Source: Opitutaceae bacterium
Lineage (GTDB): Bacteria > Verrucomicrobiota > Verrucomicrobiia > Opitutales > Coraliomargaritaceae
Direction of reading: 5' to 3'
Length of the DNA stretch: 64,000 bases
Assembly (NCBI GenBank): GCA_051252375.1
Contig: JBPOFY010000002.1
Location: 160,001-224,000 of the forward strand
The notes under the pieces are model-generated. The model made no database searches. It saw only the letters and a program-made list of their open reading frames with translations, and was not told the DNA's origin. Shown here one piece after another: positions 54,058 to 64,000 of this stretch. Within the stretch, counting starts at the first letter, position 1. Each line of letters begins with the position of its first letter. The position numbers and the translations under genes were made by a program.

Positions 54058-54315
54058 ATGAATGCAATTACTTACACTGCCGCTAGAGAGAATCTTGCAT
54101 CCACAATGGATCGCGTGTGCTTCGACAGAGATCCGGTTATTATCACCCGAAAACGGAACCAATCGGTGGTTATGATCTCACTGGAGGACTATGAATCACT
54201 CGAAGAAACTGCCTACCTACTTCGTAGCCCGGCAAATGCGAAGCGCCTCGTAGCTTCGATTGAAGCAGCGGAAAAAGGCCAAACAATTGAAAAACATATC
54301 AACTTGAGCGAATGA
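54058..54315 (+). CDS. yefM: Antitoxin YefM (Phd family)
   Basis: ITYTAARENLASTMDRV...PVIITR...ETAYLLRSPANAKRL. Confidence 0.95.
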   Translation: MNAITYTAARENLASTMDRVCFDRDPVIITRKRNQSVVMISLEDYESLEETAYLLRSPANAKRLVASIEAAEKGQTIEKHINLSE

Positions 54316-54569
54316 ACGTAACATTTACTCCACAGGCTTGGGAGGATTATCAATACTGGCAGAAGACCGACAAGAAGACCCTAAAAAGAATTCATTTATT
54401 AATTAAGGATATTCAGCGTGCTCCACACGAAGGCATAGGTAAGCCAGAAGCGCTAAAGCATAACCTGAGTGGCTACTGGTCGCGAAGAATTACCGAAGAG
54501 CATCGAATCATATACAAAGAATTTGAACATGGCATCACATTTGTGCAGCTGCGTTACCACTACAAATAG
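54312..54569 (+). CDS. yoeB: Toxin YoeB (Txe family)
   Basis: AWEDYQYW...GIGKPEALKHNLSGYWSRRITEEHRIIY...RYHY. Confidence 0.96.
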   Translation: MNVTFTPQAWEDYQYWQKTDKKTLKRIHLLIKDIQRAPHEGIGKPEALKHNLSGYWSRRITEEHRIIYKEFEHGITFVQLRYHYK

Positions 54570-54574
54570 GAAAA

Positions 54575-54629
54575 GTCGATCAAGTCAGAGTGAGTAACGC
54601 CTTTGGCGCGCTCATCTTCTACGATCGAA
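54575..54629 (+). repeat. attC site (55 bp) with GAT-type cores
   Basis: GTCGATC AAGTC AGA[G]TGAG TAACGCCTTTGGCGCG CTCATCT TCTAC GATCGAA; L''/L' pair perfectly with one extrahelical base. Confidence 0.8.
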
Positions 54630-54825
54630 ATACTACAAAAAATCGAAACAGCAATATGCAGCACTTGAAGATTACGATAGAGACAGAATGTCTACAGACT
54701 ACATCGAGCAGTTTCCCGAAATCCCAGAATCAACTATCATACGCTTTGTCGACTATGCCGTATACCTCTACTACATGCGATAGCTCAACAGACCGAAACA
54801 ATCGACAGACTCAATTCCTGCCAAG

Positions 54826-56586
54826 CTAAAGCAATTCCACCTCAGTAAAGTAGGCACCGCCGGCTTTGCCGTTGGCGTCGTATAGGTAGGTCCACAACTC
54901 GGCGGGGCCGGCTGGTAGATCCAATTCCACGATCACTTCTTTACCGTCCGCCGGCACAGGCACCTCGATGCTTTGACCGGCGATCTCTACCTTGGCTTTT
55001 TCAGCGACGAGTGGCTTGCCCGCTGCCCCTGGCCATTGACGTAGTGTGAAACGATAGCGTCCTGCTTGTTTCACATCGACCAGCCAAGGGGCGGTGACTC
55101 GGGGCAATTTCTTGATCTCGTTAAAATTCCAGGGTGGATACCCTTTTTGCATATACCAATCTTGTGAGCACAACTCCGTTGGATTATGGTTCGGGTTGCC
55201 CAAATCGATTTTGGCAGGGTTCACTAAACGAGGTGAGACGGACTCCCAATATGGTTGATAGAGCGCTTTCAATTTAGCGACGACACCGGGGAATTTTGCG
55301 GAGACGTCTTTCTGCTGTGACGGATCCGCTTTTATATCAAAGAGCCCTTTGATACTAGTATTCACCAAACGCCAGCGCTCCGTGAGCACCGCAGTATCAG
55401 CAAAAGGCTGATCGAGTGGGCTTCGACCATTAGGTCCACCGTGAAACTGCACAACTAAATGTTCACGCGTCCATCGCGCTTTAGAATTTTTCAACAACGG
55501 CTTCAGTGAGACACCGTCCGGATCATAACCAAGCGGCACTTCTATCCCGCAAAGGTCAGCCAAAGTGGGCAACACATCTATATGGGCAGCAAGTGTATCA
55601 ATATCCTTACCGCCCATGAGTTTACCATCGGGCCAATAAATGAAAAACGGCACTCGGTGGCCCCCTTCCATGACGGAAGACTTCTTGCCGCTCATACCCG
55701 CGTTGTAGCCCTTGATCGGGAGGGAATCCAGCCCCTTAAACTTCGCACCGGCAGAAGTGCCATTATCGGTCATGAAAATCAAAATAGTATTCTCTGCTAG
55801 GCCCAGCTCTTCGATTCGCTTGCGCAAGATGCCCACATTGTAATCGATGTTGGCGATCATGCCGTAGAAATTCGGATTCACGACGTCCTTCTTGCGGTAA
55901 GGCTTCGCCCACTCTGGCGGCACACGATACGGGCCATGCGGCGCGTTGAGAGACAGGTAGAGGAAAAATGGCTTCTCTTGGTTCTCCTCAATGAAGCGCA
56001 CACCCTCTTCGAAAAAGACATCCGTGCAGTATCCTTTAAATTGCTCGAACTGACCGACAGAACTGCCGGGCTTCACGCGCTCATAGACATCGTCAAAGTA
56101 ATCATTGCCCCAATAGTCTGAGGCCTGACCGATTCCGCCACAACGGTGCCAGACGACATCCTGAAAGCCACGGTCTTGCGGACGGTGCGGGGCATTGTCG
56201 CCCAAATGCCACTTCCCCACCATGCCGGTCATATATCCATTCTCGGCAAAGAGATTCGCGATCGTCTTCTCATCAGTCTGCATGGATGATCGGCCACCGG
56301 TTGTTCGAAATGCGCCAGTGCGCCCAGGATAGTTACCAGTCATCAAGGCAGCCCGTGTTGGCGTGCAAAAAGAACTCACATGAAAGTCAGTGAAGCGAAG
56401 CGATTCGGAATACAGCTGATCCAGCTCCGGCGTCTTTAAGATCGGATTCCCATGGCAACCCAGATCGCCGTAACCTTGGTCATCTGTCATCACAAGTATC
56501 ACATTCGGCTTACCCGAGGCAAACAGCACACCGGATGACAACACCATGATGGCAACCAATGAACGTGTAATAGTAGAAAGAGACAT
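54826..56586 (-). CDS. Arylsulfatase (S1, Cys-type), secreted
   Basis: DDQGYGD, CTPTRAALMTG, GKWHLG and TDNG. Confidence 0.93.
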   Translation of the reverse strand: MSLSTITRSLVAIMVLSSGVLFASGKPNVILVMTDDQGYGDLGCHGNPILKTPELDQLYSESLRFTDFHVSSFCTPTRAALMTGNYPGRTGAFRTTGGRSSMQTDEKTIANLFAENGYMTGMVGKWHLGDNAPHRPQDRGFQDVVWHRCGGIGQASDYWGNDYFDDVYERVKPGSSVGQFEQFKGYCTDVFFEEGVRFIEENQEKPFFLYLSLNAPHGPYRVPPEWAKPYRKKDVVNPNFYGMIANIDYNVGILRKRIEELGLAENTILIFMTDNGTSAGAKFKGLDSLPIKGYNAGMSGKKSSVMEGGHRVPFFIYWPDGKLMGGKDIDTLAAHIDVLPTLADLCGIEVPLGYDPDGVSLKPLLKNSKARWTREHLVVQFHGGPNGRSPLDQPFADTAVLTERWRLVNTSIKGLFDIKADPSQQKDVSAKFPGVVAKLKALYQPYWESVSPRLVNPAKIDLGNPNHNPTELCSQDWYMQKGYPPWNFNEIKKLPRVTAPWLVDVKQAGRYRFTLRQWPGAAGKPLVAEKAKVEIAGQSIEVPVPADGKEVIVELDLPAGPAELWTYLYDANGKAGGAYFTEVELL

Positions 56587-56708
56587 AAGATGGTAGGAGA
56601 AACAAAAAACGTTTTATAAAGAATACCCAGAGTTATACGGACCGTATTATTTGTTAAACTATACGCGAAAACTCAGCTTCGACCATCGCGTTTCTACATG
56701 ACGACGCG

Positions 56709-57986
56709 CTACTTTATTTTGATCTTAATGCCCCGCCGCATAAAGGTCGGCACATCCAAATCTTCACCGTTATACTCGTTGCGATCCGTTTTTTCAAAAT
56801 AACCACGCTGGGCATCATTATCAATAAAAGTGAACTCGTCTTGATTCGCTTCGATCTCCGCCGCCTTCTTTTTACTTAGCTTGGAGCTATGCACTGGTCG
56901 TGGGGCCTTGTTTTCCTGCGCGATTTCTGTCTCTAAGCCCAACCCTCCTTCGACGGTGGATTGCTGGGTCGCTTTGACGGACTGTTGAGGTGCTTTCACT
57001 GGCTTACCCTCCATGTCTGCTTTACCAAGAATGCAGATTTCTAGGCTCTCATGCCGACCTTCATCAATCACTGCACCGAAGACAATGTCTTCACGCGAGC
57101 CGAAGCGCTTTGAAACCAGTGACATGATTTCATTGACCTTAGAAATGCCCAAATCTGCCCCGCCGATGACGTTGACGATGATCCGATCTAGTTGAGCCGG
57201 ACGATCGCCCATGTGCAACAAGGGGCAAAGAAATAAGTCCTCCAAGGCATTCTTCACATAGTCCGGTCCGCTCGCCATGCCGGTGCCGAAAATGGTTTTG
57301 CCACCGCGATCATGAAACACAGAGCGCAAAGATCCAAAGTCTTGATTGATCAGACCGGTTTTCAAAAGCATGGAGCACAAGGAATTCACGCCGCGGCCGA
57401 TCCAGCGGTCCGCTACGGCAAAGGCATTGAGCACGCTCGTGTCTTCTTCGCCTTCTTGTAGCAGCACATCGTTGGGCAATGGAATCAAGCCATGCACCAC
57501 CTGACGCAGCTCCCCGATGCTTTCTTCGGCAATACGCTTACGGCGCGCGCCTTCAAAACTGAATGGCAAGGTAGCAAAAGCCAAAACCAACGCTTCGGTC
57601 TTGGCAGCCACTTCAGCCACAACAGAAACCGCGGCGCTGCCTGTGCCACCACCGAGGCCAACAATCAAAATAATAAGATCCGTATCCGCGATGAGCCGAG
57701 CGATACTATCACGATCCGATTCAGCCGCCGCCTTACCGATCTCAATCTCACCACCCGCACCGAGACCACGAGTCACGGAACGTCCGATCAAAAGTTTTTC
57801 TGCAATTGGCGAGTTCCCTAAAGCCTGTGCATCGGTGTTGATCGCAGCCAGTCGCACGTCGCCAAGGTCATCGAGCTTGAGACCATCGACGGCATTAGTG
57901 CCAGCCCCGCCTACTCCGATGATCTTTATTTTAAGATCATTGGAAGCGGTCTCCTGACTAAATAGGTTTTGAGTATCCAAGCTCAT
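56709..57986 (-). CDS. ftsZ: Cell division protein FtsZ
   Basis: GVGGAG.NA, NTD, GLGAGG, GGGTGS and C-terminal LDVPTFMR; follows ftsA. Confidence 0.93.
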   Translation of the reverse strand: MSLDTQNLFSQETASNDLKIKIIGVGGAGTNAVDGLKLDDLGDVRLAAINTDAQALGNSPIAEKLLIGRSVTRGLGAGGEIEIGKAAAESDRDSIARLIADTDLIILIVGLGGGTGSAAVSVVAEVAAKTEALVLAFATLPFSFEGARRKRIAEESIGELRQVVHGLIPLPNDVLLQEGEEDTSVLNAFAVADRWIGRGVNSLCSMLLKTGLINQDFGSLRSVFHDRGGKTIFGTGMASGPDYVKNALEDLFLCPLLHMGDRPAQLDRIIVNVIGGADLGISKVNEIMSLVSKRFGSREDIVFGAVIDEGRHESLEICILGKADMEGKPVKAPQQSVKATQQSTVEGGLGLETEIAQENKAPRPVHSSKLSKKKAAEIEANQDEFTFIDNDAQRGYFEKTDRNEYNGEDLDVPTFMRRGIKIKIK

Positions 57987-57989
57987 GAC

Positions 57990-59204
57990 TTAATCGAGGT
58001 TCAAGAGGCTACCAATACGGCGAAAGAGCCCGGAAGGCTTAGCCGTTTTTGCGGATTCTTCTTGTCCGGTTAAAGCGTAATGTAAAAGACCGAGCACGGT
58101 GCTATACTCCGGTTGGCGAAGTTCCTCGGCAACATCCGTAGAACCTTCCGAAACGCGGGCCTCAAGCCCAAGACTACGCTTCGCGGCTTCATCGATGCCG
58201 TTCAGACGAGCTCCGCCGCCGGTTAAAACAATACCTGAGGCAATTTCGCTAGGCTCCAAGAGCTCCGCTTCTTCAAGTTGTAATTTGATGATATCAAAAA
58301 CTTCGGAAACGCGGGCTTCGATAATCTTTGTGATCGCCGCCATAGGATACTCGCGGTCACCAATCGTCAAATCGCCGATCATCCACACTTTTTCTTCGCG
58401 GTCCTCGCTCGTATAGTAAGCACGTCCGTTCTTGACCTTGAAATCTTCTGCGCTCTTCCGACCGATCCGCAAACCGATACTCAGATCATTGGTAATGTGG
58501 TCTCCGCCCACAGGGACGACTCCGGTTTTCACAATGTAGCCCTTTCGATAGAGCACATAGTCCGTGGTGCCTCCACCCATATCGATGACCAGTGCGCCGT
58601 TCTCCTTCTCCGATTCCTGTAACAGCACAGCACCGGATGCGATACTGGAAATAATCATGTCGCTCACATCCAAGTCGATTCCGCGGATCACACGTAGACT
58701 ATCGCTGACGATATCGCTATCCCCATGAACAGACCAATAACCGACTTGTAGGCGACGCCCTTCCTTGGAAAGCGGATTCTCCACCTGGCGATCGTCCACG
58801 GAAAATGGATTTTGAATATGGTGAATATAGGTGCGTGACTGTGGCAACTTGCGACGTTTCGCGTCGGCTTTGGCCGATTCGATATCAATCGAGCGTATAA
58901 TACCATCCGGCGAGCTGACATTCGTCGTGCCGACATTAAAATTACCAATCAAATGACTGCCTGTCTGGGCAAGATAAACTTCGTCGATGCGTGTTTGAGC
59001 GTTTTTCTCAGCTGCCAGAATCGCAGCATGCACACAATCACTGGCCACATTGAGGTCGGTGATGACGCCCTTCTTGATCCCCTTCGAAGAACAAGCACTG
59101 TGCCCAATGATATTCAGCCCCGATTCGCCGACGATTTCGCCCAAGAGAACCGCCACCTTGGACGTTCCAATCTCAACTGCGCCGACGACTCTCGAATAGC
59201 TCAT
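57990..59204 (-). CDS. ftsA: Cell division protein FtsA
   Basis: [24 protein letters not shown] and IVLTGGGA. Confidence 0.95.
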   Translation of the reverse strand: MSYSRVVGAVEIGTSKVAVLLGEIVGESGLNIIGHSACSSKGIKKGVITDLNVASDCVHAAILAAEKNAQTRIDEVYLAQTGSHLIGNFNVGTTNVSSPDGIIRSIDIESAKADAKRRKLPQSRTYIHHIQNPFSVDDRQVENPLSKEGRRLQVGYWSVHGDSDIVSDSLRVIRGIDLDVSDMIISSIASGAVLLQESEKENGALVIDMGGGTTDYVLYRKGYIVKTGVVPVGGDHITNDLSIGLRIGRKSAEDFKVKNGRAYYTSEDREEKVWMIGDLTIGDREYPMAAITKIIEARVSEVFDIIKLQLEEAELLEPSEIASGIVLTGGGARLNGIDEAAKRSLGLEARVSEGSTDVAEELRQPEYSTVLGLLHYALTGQEESAKTAKPSGLFRRIGSLLNLD

Positions 59205-59234
59205 GAAGGTTAATTACGAATTAAAAATAGAAAA

Positions 59235-60170
59235 TTAGAAGGTCCCGATTCGACCACTACTAAACTGCACTGCAGCGGAGCCGCGTAAAGAAAGATCGAT
59301 GCGCTCGATGGATGGATTTCCATGATCCTGAACATATTTAAGAATATAGTTCAATCGATCCAACTGTTGTTGAAAATCTGCGGTAGCGCTGAAAATGATT
59401 CGTGGCACCCAAGTGGACCGGATCTCGATGATTTGCCCAGGCAAATCCAAGTCACCGGAGAAATGCTCCAGCGATACCACCTGCCACGTGCTATAGAGTT
59501 GTCGATTGTTCTCACGCGCGTAGTCCAATAGCTGGGCAACATATTCAATCCCACGCATCGGCAAATACTTACCATCCGGGCCGCGATAAGGCTGCACATA
59601 AGGCAAGTGCTGCAACATCGCTTTCGGATACCCCACCCCTTTAAACACAGTGCCGTCACGAGCCACGATCTTGAGCCTAGGCTTACCATCCGGTCCCGCC
59701 GCTGCAAGACGCAGCGCCGGACTGCGCTCTTTAAGCACAATGCGTAGATCGCTCGGAAACACTCGCATCACCGAAGCCGACTTCACCTGACCATGTGACT
59801 CGAGTTGGGTTTTCAAACTATGTATATCGGCCTCCATCATCGACATGCCTGGAGTCAGCTTAATCACTGTGCCCAGCCATGAATCCGGCAGAACCCCATC
59901 GGTATCGAACAAGATACGCTCGATCGGCTTTGAAGGCGTGCCGATTTCGAGCGTTTTTTCTCGATTTTTAAACGCAATACCCGCCCAGACGAGCCCACCA
60001 ATCACAGCCGCTACAAGCGCTAGCGCCAATACGATCTTTAACCATTTTTCCTGCCGACGCTTACGCGCTTGCGGCGAGTTGATCCGACGCTTGCCCGAAC
60101 CCGCCAGCTCGCGCCAGCTTTGCTCACCACTGGCAGCCGTGCTGCCCTTGTCTTTGCCTGATCCAAACAT
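59235..60170 (-). CDS. ftsQ: Cell division protein FtsQ/DivIB
   Basis: Single TM and POTRA-like VKSASVMRVFPSDLRIVLKER; dcw position. Confidence 0.85.
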   Translation of the reverse strand: MFGSGKDKGSTAASGEQSWRELAGSGKRRINSPQARKRRQEKWLKIVLALALVAAVIGGLVWAGIAFKNREKTLEIGTPSKPIERILFDTDGVLPDSWLGTVIKLTPGMSMMEADIHSLKTQLESHGQVKSASVMRVFPSDLRIVLKERSPALRLAAAGPDGKPRLKIVARDGTVFKGVGYPKAMLQHLPYVQPYRGPDGKYLPMRGIEYVAQLLDYARENNRQLYSTWQVVSLEHFSGDLDLPGQIIEIRSTWVPRIIFSATADFQQQLDRLNYILKYVQDHGNPSIERIDLSLRGSAAVQFSSGRIGTF

Positions 60171-60172
60171 GA

Positions 60173-61105
60173 TTAAATTTCGTTCCCTTTCTGTGCCTCA
60201 AAACGAGCGATCGCGGGGGCGACCAACTCACGAGCCAAATTCTCAAAATCGAAGCCGACACAAGAAGCACTTTTTGGTAATAAACTAGTCGCAGTCAATC
60301 CGGGCAAGGTATTGATCTCTAAAAAATACGATTGGCTGCCATCCAAGAGGAAATCGATGCGTGCAAAATCGCGACACCCACAGGCATCGAACAAGCGCTC
60401 AGCATGATCCTTGATACGTGCCTCAACCGCAGGCGTGAGTTCAGCGGGGAAACGATACTCCGTAGAACCCGGTGTATATTTCGCCTTATAATCATAGACG
60501 CCCGTGGAGCTGACGATTTCCACGACCCCCATGGCCGCACCTTTCAACACCCCGACGGTCAGTTCACGTCCTTGAATGCGCTGCTCAATCAACCAGTTGC
60601 CTTTATGGATATTGGATAAAGTGACGCCGAGTGCCGAGCGATGCTCTGTAAAATGTAGTCCGACACTGCTCCCTTGGTCTGCGGGCTTAATCACTAAAGA
60701 AGTGCCCAATTGGTCGATCACATCATCGGCCAAGGGCGAGGCTTCACCTTGAAAAGTCATCCCCTTTGGTGAAGGAATGCCCAACTGAGTCGCAATCGCC
60801 TTCGCCTGATCTTTCGCCATGCACAGGCGACTCGCTGCCGCGTCGCTTCCACAACAAACAACATTCGCCGCCTCACAGAGCGCTTGCAATTGACCGTCCT
60901 CGCCAAAGGCACCGTGGAGCGCCGGAAAAACGATGGAGCGCTGTCCATCAACCTCCGCAGGCAACTCATCAGCATCCAAACGCAACAGTTGGACTGTGTA
61001 ATTGGCAGACAAAGCTTTCGCAATCGCCTCCCCACTAACCAAAGAGACCTCACGTTCAGAGCCCACCCCACCATAGAGCACGACAATCGATTCAAATTCA
61101 GCCAC
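60173..61105 (-). CDS. ddl: D-alanine--D-alanine ligase
   Basis: GGVGSEREVSL.SG, LHGAFGEDG, GSSVG, YDYKAKY and EINTLPGLT. Confidence 0.95.
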   Translation of the reverse strand: MAEFESIVVLYGGVGSEREVSLVSGEAIAKALSANYTVQLLRLDADELPAEVDGQRSIVFPALHGAFGEDGQLQALCEAANVVCCGSDAAASRLCMAKDQAKAIATQLGIPSPKGMTFQGEASPLADDVIDQLGTSLVIKPADQGSSVGLHFTEHRSALGVTLSNIHKGNWLIEQRIQGRELTVGVLKGAAMGVVEIVSSTGVYDYKAKYTPGSTEYRFPAELTPAVEARIKDHAERLFDACGCRDFARIDFLLDGSQSYFLEINTLPGLTATSLLPKSASCVGFDFENLARELVAPAIARFEAQKGNEI

Positions 61106-63332
61106 CGCTTGCCTCCTGTTCCAATGCAGATGGATCTTTCAAGATGGCATCCCATGAAGCGCCCACGAGGAGCACTTCAGGTTCGAGCACATAACCCGAC
61201 TTTTCAAAGACCACAGCGCGAATCTGGCGCACCAGTTCAATCACATCCTCCGAGGTCGCGCCTCCCATGTTGACGATAAAGTTGCCATGCACATCAGAAA
61301 CCTCTGCTCCACCCACGCGCATCCCTTTGATGCCATGCGTGTCGATTAACTTCCCCGCATAGTTCCCTTCGGGGTTTTTAAAAATACAACCCGCACTTGG
61401 ACCGCGCGGCTGGCTCTCTTTACGCGCGCTCGAGTAACTATCCATTCGGCTACGAATCGCGGCCTCATCTTCAGCCTCCGGGCTTTTCAAAATCGCACCT
61501 AGCGCGATGCCCCGGCTGATCTCCTCCACCTTACGATAGCCAAAGTGAAACGCCTCTTTCGGCAAATCCTGCAACTGACCAGTCTCATCGATGAACTGCA
61601 CGCGCTCGACGACATCAAACATCCAGCTGCCCATTGCTCCGGCATTCATTCGTAAAGCACCACCCACCGCACCGGGGATGCCCTCTAAAAACTCAAAACC
61701 AGCGAGCCCTGCCTTGGCGGCATGACCACAAATCTCTTTTAAGCGTCCGCCAGCTGCCGCCCAGATGCGACCATTCGACAAAGTCTCGACCCGCCGCCAA
61801 GCAGGTGCGGAAAAGCGGATCACCAAGCCATCAAAGCCAGCATCGGCAACGAGCAGATTCGAGCCACGACCGATGCAAAAAGTATCTAAGCCAAACAGCT
61901 TAGCAGCTCGCAGCAAAGCACGCAGATCAGTCAAATTTCCGGGCTCGGCATAAAAACGAGCTGAACCTCCCACTCGCAGAGTCGTCTTATTCGCCAATGG
62001 CTCATCGTATTTCAATACGCAATCCGAGGAAACACGACTGGCGCAATAGCCTTTCCATGCTTCTGAAATATTCCCCTGCGCACGTATCCACTCTACAAAT
62101 ACACCAGCAAATCCATCTAGGTCTCCCGCCCCGACAAACGCGACCACTGTCGGCATCGGTTCCAATGCTTGCTGCAATTGCTGCACTGCGCCCAGATTCA
62201 TCTCCAAGCAAACGGGTGCGTCCGAACCAAAGGCCTCCACCAAGTCATTCAACTGCCCGCCACTTTGCTGGCATTCGTGTGCCGCATAAACGGGCAACAA
62301 AAATAACTGATCTGCCAGAGACAAACTCTGCACAAAGCCTTCTTTAAATTGTTTCGTCCGTGAATAACGATGCGGCTGAAAAACCACGACTAAACGATGG
62401 CTCGGCATCTTTGCTTTAAGGCTGCTCAACAGCGCTTCGATCTCGGTCGGATGATGCGCATAGTCCTCCACTACAGTGAGATCCGACGTCTCCAACAAAT
62501 ATGTTTGCCGTCGAGCCATACCCGAAAATGACTGAAAGATGGAGGCATCCACTTCAGCCCCAAGTAACTGCAGGGCCGAGCTCGCCGCTGCCGCGTTGGC
62601 TTGATTAAAGCATCCGTTGAGATCGGTAGAATAAGTAACCAGTGCAGCGCCTCCGGTTTCGATGAAACGTTCTCGTAAATCTCCTTCGCGCGGGAGCAGC
62701 ACTTGCGACTTGGTCCGCACAATTAATTGCCTAAAGGCCTCATCGATCATCGCCTCATTTGAGTAGCGATCCGCATGGTCCCAATCCACATTTAAAAGTA
62801 ATGTGGCTTCCGGTGAAAAATGATCGATCGTGCCATCACTCTCATCCACTTCAGCGACCAGCCACTGGCTGTCAGACACTTGGTATGGTCGCTGAGCAGG
62901 GTCATTAAACAGACCTCCAAGTATATAATTCGCGTCCAGTCCACATTGACGCAGACCGTATGCGATCATTCCTGAAGTGGTTGTTTTTCCGTGACTGCCG
63001 ACCACAGCAATCAGCTTTTTCCCAGCAGCGACCTCAGCCAGCATTTCACCTCGACGTAAAACCTTTAGCCCTCGCTCGCGCGCCGCTACCAAGATCGGAT
63101 GATCGTGCTGGATCGCACTCGAATAGACCACCGTATCAATACCCTCTAATTGTTCTGCAAAAAAGAGGTCGCGAACATCCACCCCAGCTTCCAGCAATAC
63201 GCGACGCACAGGTTCACGCAAATGATCATCAAAGCCACAGATCGTGCTGCCGGACTGCGAAAGCCAACTAGCCAAAGGCGCCATGCCCATGCCCCCGACA
63301 CCGATAAATAAATATGCCTGCGAGTCCTCCAT
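61098..63332 (-). CDS. murC-murB: Fused MurC (UDP-N-acetylmuramate--L-alanine ligase) / MurB (UDP-N-acetylenolpyruvoylglucosamine reductase)
   Basis: MurC motifs GVGGMGM, HGKTTT, EVDESD, DYAHHPTE and FQPHRYSR, then MurB motifs GRGSNLL, GIPG.VGG..RMNAGA, SAGCIFKNP and HGNFIVN. Confidence 0.93.
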   Translation of the reverse strand: MEDSQAYLFIGVGGMGMAPLASWLSQSGSTICGFDDHLREPVRRVLLEAGVDVRDLFFAEQLEGIDTVVYSSAIQHDHPILVAARERGLKVLRRGEMLAEVAAGKKLIAVVGSHGKTTTSGMIAYGLRQCGLDANYILGGLFNDPAQRPYQVSDSQWLVAEVDESDGTIDHFSPEATLLLNVDWDHADRYSNEAMIDEAFRQLIVRTKSQVLLPREGDLRERFIETGGAALVTYSTDLNGCFNQANAAAASSALQLLGAEVDASIFQSFSGMARRQTYLLETSDLTVVEDYAHHPTEIEALLSSLKAKMPSHRLVVVFQPHRYSRTKQFKEGFVQSLSLADQLFLLPVYAAHECQQSGGQLNDLVEAFGSDAPVCLEMNLGAVQQLQQALEPMPTVVAFVGAGDLDGFAGVFVEWIRAQGNISEAWKGYCASRVSSDCVLKYDEPLANKTTLRVGGSARFYAEPGNLTDLRALLRAAKLFGLDTFCIGRGSNLLVADAGFDGLVIRFSAPAWRRVETLSNGRIWAAAGGRLKEICGHAAKAGLAGFEFLEGIPGAVGGALRMNAGAMGSWMFDVVERVQFIDETGQLQDLPKEAFHFGYRKVEEISRGIALGAILKSPEAEDEAAIRSRMDSYSSARKESQPRGPSAGCIFKNPEGNYAGKLIDTHGIKGMRVGGAEVSDVHGNFIVNMGGATSEDVIELVRQIRAVVFEKSGYVLEPEVLLVGASWDAILKDPSALEQEASGG

Positions 63333-64000
63333 TAGACTCCTCGCTCCAATCTATCAGCACGCGCCAACTGCCGTGCATGACATAGCTCAACCAAATCATC
63401 CGCGATACATTTGCACGAATCATATCGATCTAAACGTTCGAGGTTGGTTTTAAATTTGTTCAATAACCAATCGTTAAAAATCAGGTTCATCACCTCATCG
63501 GTAAGTTGATCGAGATTTGCTTGATCCAAGACCAGACCGGCACCGTGCTGTTCATGCATCCGCGCATTTGCTTCCTGATGATTGTCAGCCGCGAACGGAT
63601 ATGGGATCAGGATCGAAGGCGCACGGCAGCGCACAATCTCAGCGATCGAGCCCGCACCCGCACGAGACACCACTAGATCTGCCGCAGAGATCACATCGCC
63701 CATATTATCGGAGAATGGAACCAGCGTCGCGGTGACATCATCTCCGTTTCGATCGACCTCATGAATGGTGCTCTTGGTGCTTTTCCCCAGCCCTGTCACG
63801 CAATACACGCTGATGCCTGCGCGAGCGAGCTCTCCAAATTGTTGCGTCACCCAATCGTTCAATGCGGCGGCACCTTGACTCCCGCCGATCACGACCAACA
63901 GCTTATGCGGCACTACAATCCCTAAACGCTTACAAGCATCTGCCTTTAGAGAATGCTTCACATCTTGCCGCACCGGATATCCAAGATAGCGGGTGCTCGC
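63332..64000 (-). CDS. murG: MurG glycosyltransferase (5' part outside the window)
   Basis: GYPVR, GGSQGA, SRAGA and PYPFAADNHQEANA. Confidence 0.93.
   Translation of the reverse strand, partial: ASTRYLGYPVRQDVKHSLKADACKRLGIVVPHKLLVVIGGSQGAAALNDWVTQQFGELARAGISVYCVTGLGKSTKSTIHEVDRNGDDVTATLVPFSDNMGDVISAADLVVSRAGAGSIAEIVRCRAPSILIPYPFAADNHQEANARMHEQHGAGLVLDQANLDQLTDEVMNLIFNDWLLNKFKTNLERLDRYDSCKCIADDLVELCHARQLARADRLERGV

Noticed and set aside
53883..54086. 67-aa ORF upstream of yefM
   Set aside because: Crosses eroded attC remnants and the TA promoter; at most a decayed cassette fragment.

Overview
A Verrucomicrobiota (Opitutae, Coraliomargarita/Lentimonas-like) chromosome segment, judged from the PV-type microcompartment locus, MurC-MurB fusion, sulfatases and H-X9-DG pseudopilin. 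1-7723 is the right part of a phage-related integrated element with paired RHH regulators and a phage-type replication initiator. It ends in a duplicated tRNA-Lys(CTT) 3' half (attR) just before tRNA-Thr. The element carries a four-cassette integron-type array with no integrase in the window. Two of its cassettes use non-canonical, self-compensated GAT/ATC core sites, and a promoter-like segment flanked by perfect 16-bp inverted repeats sits at its head. Two further clusters of the same attC family lie at about 32.3-33.4 kb and 53.8-54.6 kb (yefM-yoeB cassette, again with a GAT core). The rest is tRNA-Arg, leuS, lpxI, an SCO/DoxX cluster, dnaK-groES-groEL with a sigma54-like promoter, a DEAD-box helicase, two sulfatases, a fucose/rhamnose microcompartment locus (with rhaB-type kinase, lutABC, fucI, fucU, mdh) and the end of the dcw cluster (murG, murC-murB, ddl, ftsQ, ftsA, ftsZ). 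All calls were made by eye from the sequence and ORF track; no database search was run.
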